From assembly GCA_964439265.1 (NCBI GenBank), contig CAYTOA010000008.1:19087-83086 (forward strand): 64,000 nt of DNA, written 5' to 3'. The notes beneath the pieces are model-generated. The model did not search any database. It was not told where the DNA came from and saw nothing but the letters and a program-made list of their open reading frames with translations. The DNA comes from an uncultured Chitinophagaceae bacterium. GTDB lineage: Bacteria; Bacteroidota; Ignavibacteria; UBA10030; UBA8401. Below, in pieces: positions 1 through 7,982 of the stretch (positions are counted from its first letter, which is position 1; every line of letters starts with the position of its first letter). The translations under genes and the position numbers were made by a program.

Positions 1-22
1 AGAGCAGCGGGAAAAAGAAAAG

Positions 23-358
23 ATGGAAGCCGCGATACAGATGTTCCAGACCACGGTGCGCACGATCGCTCACCACATCAACAACGCCCTCGCGATCTTC
101 AAACTCCAATCGTCCGTCTGCGAAAGAAATGTGCAGAAGATGCTCGACCCTGCGCTTGCCACGCCCCTTCTTAAACTCGTATCAGATCTGCGGCGTCAGG
201 CTGAGACAGTGGAATCGATTGTCCGCTCCCTCGTCGGAATTTCCGACATTGTCTATACCAAATATGCCGGTGACCAGGACATCATTGAGATCAGAGCTCA
301 GTTGGAAAAGAATCTTGAGACCTTGAAAGCACAAAAGCTCGAAATGATACAAAAATAA
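23..358 (+). CDS. hypothetical protein; the frame is open back to nt 2, so this may be the C-terminal end of a gene starting upstream of the window
   Basis: 111-aa ORF with no stop between nt 2 and the ATG at 23. The tail looks helical. TIAHHINNALAIF loosely resembles a histidine-kinase H-box, but no ATPase domain follows. Confidence 0.3.
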   Translation: MEAAIQMFQTTVRTIAHHINNALAIFKLQSSVCERNVQKMLDPALATPLLKLVSDLRRQAETVESIVRSLVGISDIVYTKYAGDQDIIEIRAQLEKNLETLKAQKLEMIQK

Positions 359-470
359 GAGTTCATTCACACTTTTCCCCGTTCCTTGCAGTACATGCGT
401 TCCGCTGTTTTCCCCGTATAATGATTCTCGTCGCGGGTATCACCGCACAAAAGCGACCGCTCCCCTTTTC

Positions 471-499
471 TTGACTCAGCGCCTAAAAATTCGTATTTT
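471..499 (+). promoter_or_regulatory. candidate sigma70-type promoter for hrcA operon (TTGACT-N17-TATTTT)
   Basis: TTGACT at 471-476, a 17-nt spacer, TATTTT at 494-499, about 40 nt upstream of the hrcA ATG. Pattern match only. Confidence 0.25.
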
Positions 500-540
500 T
501 CATGTGAGAATCACTGTTTTTGCATATCGGTAGGACAATA

Positions 541-1572
541 ATGGCCGAAAGCCTCAACGAACGGGAAAGAACAATACTGCGGAGCATTATTTTCAGCTTC
601 ATCCAAACTGCTACGCCTATCGGTTCGCGCTATATTTCGAAACGCAATGGTCTGGATCTCAGTCCCGCGACCGTCCGAAATGTCATGTCCGACCTGGAGT
701 TCTTAGGTTATATCGACCATCCTCATACGTCGGCCGGGAGAATTCCAACAGACAAGGGCTACAGATTTTACGTCGATTCTCTGATGGACCTGGAGGCTCT
801 TTCCGCGCGCGATCAATCGACGATCCAGTCGCAGATCCATTCGAGCGCCGACCCTGACGAGATCCTGCGGGAAACGTCAAGAATTCTTGGGAGCATCTCC
901 CATCAATTGGGGATCGTCTCGACTCCCCGGGTAAGTGCCGGAGTCTTTGAGAAACTCGAACTTGTATCGATCTCCAGTTCCCGGATCATGGTGATTCTCT
1001 CGATCCGTTCCGGCATGGTGAAAACGATCATGATGGAAGCTCACTCCGAGATACCCAAAAGCAAGTTAGAAGAAGTGAGCAGAGTTCTCAATGAAAGGCT
1101 GACGGGCCTGACGTTGAAGCAAATCCGGAAAACTTTCCGGGATCGGGTTCGCGACATGCAAAATGAAGAGACAGGATTGATCCGCCTGTTCGTCGAGTCC
1201 GTCGACAAAGTCTTCGACGAGACACGCAACAAAGAGAAGGTCCACATCGGCGGTACGCAGAGCCTCCTGACGCAGCCGGAGTTCAGCAGCGCAGAGAATT
1301 TTCGCGGCATCATAGAATTGCTGGAAAACCACGACATGATCGTCCACATCCTCGAGAAAAAAGAAATTGGCGAGGGAAACATCTCGATATCCATCGGGTC
1401 CGAGAACGAGGAAGAAAAGCTGCGCGAACTGAGCGTCGTCACGTCGCAGTACGCCGTCGGCGATGTCAGCGGTACGGTCGGTATCATCGGGGCAAAGCGA
1501 ATGGACTATTCCCGGATGATCCCCCTTGTCGATTATATGGCGAAGATGATCTCCCTGCTTTTCCGTCCCTGA
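541..1572 (+). CDS. hrcA: heat-inducible transcriptional repressor HrcA
   Basis: N-terminal winged-helix region ERERTILRSIIFSFIQTATPIGSRYISKR...LSPATVRNVMSDLEFLGYIDHPHTSAGRIPTDKGYRFYVD is characteristic of HrcA. ATG at 541 is preferred over the TTG at 520 in the ORF track. grpE and dnaJ follow. Confidence 0.9.
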   Translation: MAESLNERERTILRSIIFSFIQTATPIGSRYISKRNGLDLSPATVRNVMSDLEFLGYIDHPHTSAGRIPTDKGYRFYVDSLMDLEALSARDQSTIQSQIHSSADPDEILRETSRILGSISHQLGIVSTPRVSAGVFEKLELVSISSSRIMVILSIRSGMVKTIMMEAHSEIPKSKLEEVSRVLNERLTGLTLKQIRKTFRDRVRDMQNEETGLIRLFVESVDKVFDETRNKEKVHIGGTQSLLTQPEFSSAENFRGIIELLENHDMIVHILEKKEIGEGNISISIGSENEEEKLRELSVVTSQYAVGDVSGTVGIIGAKRMDYSRMIPLVDYMAKMISLLFRP

Positions 1573-1602
1573 GAATGCAGATTTGTTGAGAGCTAAATAC
1601 TA

Positions 1603-2220
1603 TTGAAAGTGCAAGAATATATGTCCGTAGAGAAAAACGATCGCGAACCGGAGCAGCGGGAGCCAACCTCCGACGAGGGGCAAAAGCCGGCCGGGGAAAA
1701 ATCTGAAGCGGCTGTCCCCGTTGAAAAAGCAGCGGAACTGGAAAAGCAGTACGCGCAGTTAAAAGACCAGCTTCTGCGAAAAGCCGCCGAGTTCGACAAC
1801 TACAAACGGCGGACGGAGAACGACTTTGCCTCCCTCACGAAATTTGCGGCGGAAAACATTATCACGCAGCTGGTCCCGGTTCTCGACGATTTTAACAGGT
1901 CATTAAAAAGCATCAAGGAAAAAGCAGAGAACGACTCGTTCTATAAAGGCATCGAACTCATTTATGCAAAATTTCTCAAAGTACTTGAGGCACAGGGTTT
2001 AAAGACGATGGACGCGGTCGGAAAAGAGTTCAACGTCGATGTGCATGACGCATTGATGCAAATGCCTCGTGCGGATGTTCCGCCCCACACCGTGCTCGAA
2101 GAAGTGGAAAAAGGTTACCTTCTCTTCGATAAAGTGATCCGTCATGCAAAGGTCGTCGTTTCGACAACACCGGCCGACGCGCCGGTTCAGCAGGCAAAAA
2201 CGGAGAATTTCGAAGACTGA
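1603..2220 (+). CDS. grpE: nucleotide exchange factor GrpE
   Basis: [29 protein letters not shown] and the C-terminal beta domain (HDALMQ...[16 protein letters not shown]) fit GrpE. The ORF-track start is a TTG; the ATG at 1621 is an alternative. Confidence 0.9.
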   Translation: MKVQEYMSVEKNDREPEQREPTSDEGQKPAGEKSEAAVPVEKAAELEKQYAQLKDQLLRKAAEFDNYKRRTENDFASLTKFAAENIITQLVPVLDDFNRSLKSIKEKAENDSFYKGIELIYAKFLKVLEAQGLKTMDAVGKEFNVDVHDALMQMPRADVPPHTVLEEVEKGYLLFDKVIRHAKVVVSTTPADAPVQQAKTENFED

Positions 2221-2222
2221 TT

Positions 2223-3374
2223 ATGGCAACCAAACGCGATTTTTACGAAGTGCTCGGCGTCCCGCGAAGCGCATCGCAGGACGAGATAAAGAAGGCATAC
2301 CGGAAGATGGCGCTTCAATACCATCCGGACCGCAACCCGAACAACAAAGAGGCCGAAGACAAGTTCAAAGAAGCCGCAGAAGCGTATGAAGCGTTGAGCG
2401 ACCCGGCAAAACGTCAGCGCTTTGACCAGTACGGACATGAAGGAATGCGTGGAACCGATTTCAGGGGCTCCGCCGATATCAACGATATCTTTTCAAATTT
2501 CGGCGACATTTTCGGCGGCTCGATCTTCGATGACGTTTTTTCCGGAGGGAGACAGCAGCGCCGCCGCGCGACCGGCCAAGCCGGTTCCGACCTTAAGGTG
2601 CAATTAAAACTCACTCTCGAAGAGATTGCCGCGGGAGTCGAGAAGAAGATCAAGATCAAGAAATGGAAGACGTGTCAAACGTGTTCCGGCAGCGGCGCAA
2701 AGCCGGGTTCGTCGAAAACGACATGCCCGCAATGCGGCGGAACCGGGGAACTCCGGCAGGTATCCCGTTCAATGTTCGGACAGTTCGTGAATATTACCAC
2801 GTGTTTGAACTGCGGCGGCGAAGGGCAGATCGTCCGCGACCGATGCCCGGCGTGTGACGGCGAAGGGCGCGAACAGGGCGAATCGACGATCAAAGTCAAC
2901 GTGCCGGCCGGCGTTTCAGAAGGAAACTATATCGCCATGCAGGGTCAGGGCAACGCCGGAAGGCGGGGCGGTCCCTCCGGTGACGTGATCGTTGAATTTC
3001 ACGAAGTACGTCACGAACATTTCGTACGGAACGGCGACGATATCGTTTATAATACGCTCATCAGCTTCCCTCATGCGGTGACGGGGGGAGATATTGAAGT
3101 GCCGACGCTGAGCGGGCGTTCACGAATAAAAATTGAACCGGGAACGATGCCGGGAAAAATGCTGCGGATGAAAGAGAAAGGGATTCCGCATCTCAACAGT
3201 TTTGGCCGGGGAGACCAATTGATCAGGATACAGGTGTGGGTTCCCACCAAGCTGAACGCACGAGAGAAAGAATTGCTGCGAGAACTCTCGTCGGCAGAGC
3301 ATATTGTGCCGACGGAGGAAGAGAAGAACGCGAATAAATCGTTCTTCGAAAAAGTGAGGAATACGTTTTCATAA
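2223..3374 (+). CDS. dnaJ: molecular chaperone DnaJ
   Basis: J domain with HPD (DFYEVLGV...YHPDRNP), a G/F-rich linker, and four CxxCxGxG zinc motifs ([32 protein letters not shown]). Confidence 0.95.
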   Translation: MATKRDFYEVLGVPRSASQDEIKKAYRKMALQYHPDRNPNNKEAEDKFKEAAEAYEALSDPAKRQRFDQYGHEGMRGTDFRGSADINDIFSNFGDIFGGSIFDDVFSGGRQQRRRATGQAGSDLKVQLKLTLEEIAAGVEKKIKIKKWKTCQTCSGSGAKPGSSKTTCPQCGGTGELRQVSRSMFGQFVNITTCLNCGGEGQIVRDRCPACDGEGREQGESTIKVNVPAGVSEGNYIAMQGQGNAGRRGGPSGDVIVEFHEVRHEHFVRNGDDIVYNTLISFPHAVTGGDIEVPTLSGRSRIKIEPGTMPGKMLRMKEKGIPHLNSFGRGDQLIRIQVWVPTKLNAREKELLRELSSAEHIVPTEEEKNANKSFFEKVRNTFS

Positions 3375-3419
3375 CGGGAACGGATCCTGTTTTTCCATCT
3401 CTCAACAGTTGTCGTATCC

Positions 3420-3875
3420 ATGAAGCTGCTGAAGCGCGTGCAGGAGTTCGCTGCGTTCACCAAAAATGAACAGAGAATCTTCCTGTTCTTATCGATTGTC
3501 TTTATTGCCGGCGTCTCGGTGAAAGTTTACCGTGCATATTTTACTCCGCCCCCGACCCATCAGTTCGATTATTCGGCCGCCGACAGGGAGTTCGAGGAGC
3601 GCTCGAAGTATTTGACGCAGGCGGCTCCGGTTGAGGGCGCAGGCGATACCGCCCGCACCGCAAGAACCAAAAAAGACGGCAAAAAGGTTAATCTGAACAC
3701 GGCAACCAAAGACGAACTTGTTGTACTTCCCGGAATTGGCGAGAGCCTTGCCGAACAGATCCTGATCTACCGTGATGAACACGGCGAGTTCTCAACCGTC
3801 GAACAGCTCAGGAAGATCAAGGGCATCGGTGCAAAGAAATTTGAAAAACTACTACCGTATGTGAAGATCAAATGA
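3420..3875 (+). CDS. ComEA-like helix-hairpin-helix DNA-binding protein
   Basis: N-terminal TM helix followed by VNLNTATKDELVVLPGIGESLAEQILIYRDEHGEFSTVEQLRKIKGIGAKKFEKL, a tandem HhH ComEA signature. Confidence 0.75.
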   Translation: MKLLKRVQEFAAFTKNEQRIFLFLSIVFIAGVSVKVYRAYFTPPPTHQFDYSAADREFEERSKYLTQAAPVEGAGDTARTARTKKDGKKVNLNTATKDELVVLPGIGESLAEQILIYRDEHGEFSTVEQLRKIKGIGAKKFEKLLPYVKIK

Positions 3876-4783
3876 AATCGACCGAACGACATATCGCGCT
3901 TATTCTCGAACAATCACAGGTTACCGCCGTCGAGATCGCCCAAAGCCCAAAGGGGCACACGCTCACGGCCGCGGGTTCGTTCAACTCCTCTCTCAATTTT
4001 GACGACCAGGACATGTTCAGCCAGCCCGGCGCTTCTCAACGGGAACGGGGGTTCGCGCAGGAACTTCAGCTATTCTTCAAGGATATCGGCAGCGGTTCGC
4101 GCTCGTTCTCGTTTGGGCTCAACAGCAGGATGGTCGTCGTGCAATCGATCCCCACGGACATGTCGCTCACCGAGAGCGAACTCGACCAGCATTCGCAGTG
4201 GGAACTGAGCCAATATGCGCTTGTGAAGAATGTTAACGCCTTCAACATCAGCTCAATGGTGCTGGACTCCAACGCGGAGGTCCAGGTGAACACGACGGCG
4301 ATCGTGGCTGTGCGGAAGATTTTTCTCAACTTCCTCGCTAACGTGTGCAGGCAGCTGAGCGGCAACTTGAATATCGTCGACGTCGACCACTTCGGTGCTG
4401 AGAATGCACTTCTCTTCAATTACCCCGAGGTCGCTGCCAAGCGGGTTCTGCTTGCCGGCGTGGATGAAAATTCATTTGATGCAAGCGTGATCGCCAACGG
4501 AGAAACGAAGAATATTGTTACGATGGAATGGACGACCGAGAACGACATGGCACAGCTGGCAGAGTATGTCAAAGGGGTGAACGTTGAATCGGTCTTTTTC
4601 CACGGGAGGATCGTTTCGCAGGCACTGGTGACCAGTCTGAGACAGCTCGTTGCCGTTCCGGTCGAAATCATGGACCCGTTCAAAAAGGTCGCCCTTCCTC
4701 GGACGCTCAGAAACTACCGTGACATCGAAGCCAGGAAACAGGAATATGCGTCGGCGGTCGGCCTGGCGTTGAGAGCAGAGTAG
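3872..4783 (+). CDS. hypothetical protein, weakly PilM-like (actin-fold pilus assembly ATPase-like)
   Basis: 4-nt ATGA overlap with the ComEA-like gene supports a real coding region. Length and the C-terminal ...YASAVGLALRAE resemble PilM endings. No pilN/O/P/Q genes follow. Confidence 0.35.
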   Translation: MKSTERHIALILEQSQVTAVEIAQSPKGHTLTAAGSFNSSLNFDDQDMFSQPGASQRERGFAQELQLFFKDIGSGSRSFSFGLNSRMVVVQSIPTDMSLTESELDQHSQWELSQYALVKNVNAFNISSMVLDSNAEVQVNTTAIVAVRKIFLNFLANVCRQLSGNLNIVDVDHFGAENALLFNYPEVAAKRVLLAGVDENSFDASVIANGETKNIVTMEWTTENDMAQLAEYVKGVNVESVFFHGRIVSQALVTSLRQLVAVPVEIMDPFKKVALPRTLRNYRDIEARKQEYASAVGLALRAE

Positions 4784-4785
4784 GC

Positions 4786-5346
4786 ATGCGCGTTATCGCC
4801 GGCAAGCATAAGGGGAGGCAGCTGCGTACCGTCGCCGATTTATCGGTCCGCCCTGCCACGAGCAGAGTCAAGAGTTCAATCTTTAATATTTTGCAGAACC
4901 GGGTCGACTGGGAAGAATCGCTCGTGCTGGACCTGTTCGCAGGAAGCGGGAGCCTGGGGATTGAAGCCTTGAGCCGCGGGGCCCGGCGTGTCGTCTTCGT
5001 AGAGAATTCAAAGCGCGCCGTCGAGTATTTGAAGCAGAATATTGCGCTGATCGACGCATCGTCAGATTGCGAGATTCTCGCTTCTGACGTTTTCGAGTAC
5101 CTTGCGCGTCCGCGTGGATTGTTTGATGTAGTGTTTGCCGATCCCCCATACGATTTTGAAGTGCTGAAGCGGCTGCCGACGATGATCTTTCAGAGCGGAG
5201 TAGTTTCCCCCGATGGCTACCTGATCATCGAGCACCCGCAGGAATTGCGTTTTGAACCGAGTCTGTTGTGGGAAGAGGCGGTGGTAAGGAAATACGGCAG
5301 GACCGTTGTCACGTTCTTCCAATCACCACATGAAGGCCGACCATGA
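4786..5346 (+). CDS. rsmD: 16S rRNA (guanine966-N2)-methyltransferase RsmD
   Basis: MRVIAGKHKGRQL...RPATSRVKSSIFNIL...LDLFAGSGSLGIEALSRGA...DVVFADPPY are the typical RsmD motifs. Confidence 0.85.
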   Translation: MRVIAGKHKGRQLRTVADLSVRPATSRVKSSIFNILQNRVDWEESLVLDLFAGSGSLGIEALSRGARRVVFVENSKRAVEYLKQNIALIDASSDCEILASDVFEYLARPRGLFDVVFADPPYDFEVLKRLPTMIFQSGVVSPDGYLIIEHPQELRFEPSLLWEEAVVRKYGRTVVTFFQSPHEGRP

Positions 5347-5831
5347 AGATTGCACTTTACCCCGGAACATTCGACCCGATAACGAACGGGCATATCGACA
5401 TTCTTGAACGCGGAATGGAGTTGTTCGATAAAGTGATCGTGACCGTTGCCAAGAATTCCACAAAAAACCCCCTCTTCGACGAGGAGGAACGCGTCGAGAT
5501 GATCCAGGAGGTCATCAAGCGAAACAAGTACAAAAATGTTGCGGTGGAAAGTTTCGACGGGCTATTGATCAATTTTGCCCGGAAGAAAAAAGCCGTAGCG
5601 CTCATCCGGGGCCTGCGGGCAATATCCGATTTCGAATATGAATTCCAGATGGCCCTGATCAACCGAAAACAGGACAATAAGATTTTCACTGTATTCCTGA
5701 TGCCCCACGAACGGTACACGTACCTCAATTCCAGCATTGTGCGGGAACTCGCGAGGCTGCACGGTGAATTCAGAACGTTCGTTCCGTCAAATGTCTATGC
5801 ACGGCTGAATAAAAAGGTAAAGGAATTCTAA
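5343..5831 (+). CDS. coaD: phosphopantetheine adenylyltransferase
   Basis: ALYPGTFDPITNGHIDILERG (the T/HxGH nucleotidyltransferase motif), 162 aa, 4-nt overlap with rsmD. Confidence 0.95.
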   Translation: MKIALYPGTFDPITNGHIDILERGMELFDKVIVTVAKNSTKNPLFDEEERVEMIQEVIKRNKYKNVAVESFDGLLINFARKKKAVALIRGLRAISDFEYEFQMALINRKQDNKIFTVFLMPHERYTYLNSSIVRELARLHGEFRTFVPSNVYARLNKKVKEF

Positions 5832-5899
5832 GAAGAACAATGAATAATTATGAATTAAGAAATAGGAATTACAGCCAAGGATGATTGTTCACTTCAGAG
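5832..5899 (+). repeat. degenerate heptanucleotide tandem array (AATNANN type) in coaD-aminotransferase spacer
   Basis: Reads in one register: GAAGAAC AATGAAT AATTATG AATTAAG AAATAGG AATTACA ... It starts right after the coaD stop. Same word family as the arrays at 14139, 36482, 47321 and 48291, which lie on the opposite strand. Confidence 0.7.
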
Positions 5900-5933
5900 A
5901 CCAACACTTAACGGGAAAGGACAAACCAAAGCA

Positions 5934-7133
5934 TTGAAATCGTTATCGAGACAAGTTGCCAAAGCAGAGCCGTCAATGACGCTGGCGCTTTCTGCGGTCG
6001 CCAAGAAGCTGAAGGAAGAGGGCGTGGACGTCGTTACGCTGACAGCCGGTGAACCGGACTTTCCTACACCGTTCCATATCAAGAAAGCTGCGATCTCCGC
6101 TATCGAAAATAATTATACAGGATACACGCTCAATGCGGGCATCCAGGAACTGCGAAAGGCAATTTGCGACAAGTTCAAAGCTGATAACAACATTTCCTTC
6201 CACCCTTCGCAAATTCTCGTGTCGAACGGCGCCAAGCATTCCATCTACAACGCGGTGAGAGCGATCTGCAACAAAGGGGACGAAGTGATCATCCCCGCGC
6301 CGTACTGGGTCACCTATCCTGAAATAGTGAAGCTGGTCGACGCAGTACCGGTGATCGTTACGACCTCGGAGGAGAATGATTTCAAAATGACGCCGGCGCA
6401 GTTGAAGCGCGCCATCACGAAAAAAACAAAGGCTCTGCTTTTCTGTTCTCCTTCGAACCCAACAGGGACTGTTTATTCGAGGACAGAAATTGAAGAATTA
6501 GCGAAGGTCACGGCAAAAGCCGACCTCTACGTCATCTCCGACGAAATTTATGAGAAGGTCATCTACGACGGAACTAAACACTTTAGCATCGGTTCGATTC
6601 CCGAAGTCAAAGACCACGTCATCACCGTCAACGGCGTCTCGAAGGCTTTTTCGATGACCGGTTGGAGGATCGGTTATCTCGGTGCAAAGCAGGAGATCGT
6701 TTCGGCCGCCGAAAAAGTGCAAAGCCAAATCACTTCCAACGCATCGTCCATTTCGCAGCACGCCGCCCTCGCAGCCCTGACCGGCTCGCACGATGAAGTC
6801 AACACCATGAACGCAGAGTTCTTACGGCGGAGGAATTTCATTTATGAGGCAGTTACATCGATCAAGGGAATAACCTGCGTCAAACCAAAAGGGGCATTTT
6901 ATGTCTTTCCGAACGTGAGCGGCTACGTAGGAAAGAAGGCGAACGGAAAAACACTCAGGTCGGGAGACGATATCGCGCAGTACTTGCTGGATGAAGAGCG
7001 TGTTGTCGTCGTCCCGGGGAGCGGGTTCGGTTCGAAGAACCATGTCCGGATATCGTATGCCTGTTCAATGGAAGAGCTGGAGAAGGCGGCGGAACGGATG
7101 CACAGGGGCTTCAAAAAACTTTACGGGAATTGA
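5934..7133 (+). CDS. PLP-dependent aminotransferase class I, aspartate aminotransferase-like
   Basis: LTAGEPDFPTP, PAPYWVTYPE, SPSNPTG and NGVSKAFSMTGWRIGY (PLP lysine) fit fold-type I AspAT. TTG start. Confidence 0.85.
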   Translation: MKSLSRQVAKAEPSMTLALSAVAKKLKEEGVDVVTLTAGEPDFPTPFHIKKAAISAIENNYTGYTLNAGIQELRKAICDKFKADNNISFHPSQILVSNGAKHSIYNAVRAICNKGDEVIIPAPYWVTYPEIVKLVDAVPVIVTTSEENDFKMTPAQLKRAITKKTKALLFCSPSNPTGTVYSRTEIEELAKVTAKADLYVISDEIYEKVIYDGTKHFSIGSIPEVKDHVITVNGVSKAFSMTGWRIGYLGAKQEIVSAAEKVQSQITSNASSISQHAALAALTGSHDEVNTMNAEFLRRRNFIYEAVTSIKGITCVKPKGAFYVFPNVSGYVGKKANGKTLRSGDDIAQYLLDEERVVVVPGSGFGSKNHVRISYACSMEELEKAAERMHRGFKKLYGN

Positions 7134-7142
7134 AGAGCGCGT

Positions 7143-7460
7143 ATGCCGACGTACGAATACAAATGCAAGAAGTGCGGTCACCGGTTCGAAGAAGTTCAGA
7201 AAATGAGCGCAAAGCCGCTGGTGCTCTGCCCAGTCTGCAAAACTGAAAACCTTGTCCGTATTATCAGCCTTGGCGGGGGGATGATCTTTAAGGGGAGCGG
7301 ATTTTACCAGACCGACTACAAGAATTCAGGGTCGGAGTTTAAAGAAACAAAATCGACATCCAAAAAAACAAAACCGAAACCGCCGGCAGCCTCGGAAGAA
7401 AAACCCTCTTCCGAACCAAAACCGGAGCCCCCTCCAACGCCTTCAAAGTCTAAAGAATAA
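7143..7460 (+). CDS. FmdB-family (CxxC_CxxC_SSSS) zinc-ribbon protein with low-complexity P/S/K tail
   Basis: MPTYEYKCKKCGHRFE...CPVCKT is the hallmark N-terminus of this family. Confidence 0.75.
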   Translation: MPTYEYKCKKCGHRFEEVQKMSAKPLVLCPVCKTENLVRIISLGGGMIFKGSGFYQTDYKNSGSEFKETKSTSKKTKPKPPAASEEKPSSEPKPEPPPTPSKSKE

Positions 7461-7502
7461 CTCTCCACGAAGTTCACGAAGAACACGATGACCATATTTA
7501 TT

Positions 7503-7963
7503 TATCTCGTTCCTAACGTCTCGTTGGGAACGGCAACTTCTTAAATTCCGCTTCAACAAGCTAAATTGTTTTCCCAATCTCAACGGAGATACGTTCCCAA
7601 TCGGAGATTGGGAACGAGATGGCCGCAATAAAAATCCCCGAGCTTTACCGGCCCGGGGATTCTTCTTATCTCGTTCCCAGCGTCTCATTGGGAACGCTAA
7701 CCTCTCACACATTGGTTTTGACGCTTGGAGTGGAAATTAAGAAGACGCCCCATGAGAATTTCGTCAACGGTTAGATAAATGTCATTAACTCATGACTCAG
7801 ATTTCTTTCTTACTTAACAATGAAGCAGAGCTTTTGTCCAGTTGCGTTCCCAAACGGAGTTTGGGAACGAGAAGTTAAAAGCGTGGCGTCCCAATCGGAG
7901 ATTCGGAACGAGATGGCTGCCATAAAAATCCCCGAGCTTTACCGGCCCGGGGATTCTTTTATT
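7503..7963. repeat. REP-like palindrome field: five copies of CGTTCCCAAN-5nt-NTTGGGAACG plus a duplicated ~70-nt hairpin+terminator module
   Basis: Palindromes at 7508-7532, 7592-7616 (perfect 10-bp arms), 7672-7696, 7845-7869 (perfect) and 7887-7910 (degenerate). Module 7592-7665 recurs at 7887-7960 with a few mismatches. Confidence 0.85.
7922..7958 (-). terminator. rho-independent terminator of pckA
   Basis: Stem ATCCCCG/CGGGGAT (7928-7934 / 7948-7954). On the minus strand it is followed by a T-run, about 25 nt after the pckA stop. An identical hairpin lies at 7634-7660. Confidence 0.6.
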
Positions 7964-7982
7964 GCTTACATCGCAGCGAGGA

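Noticed and set aside
1585-1600. A possible CIRCE operator before grpE.
   Set aside because: Only one half-site is present (GAGAGCTAA, one mismatch to GAGTGCTAA). No matching inverted partner lies 9 nt away.
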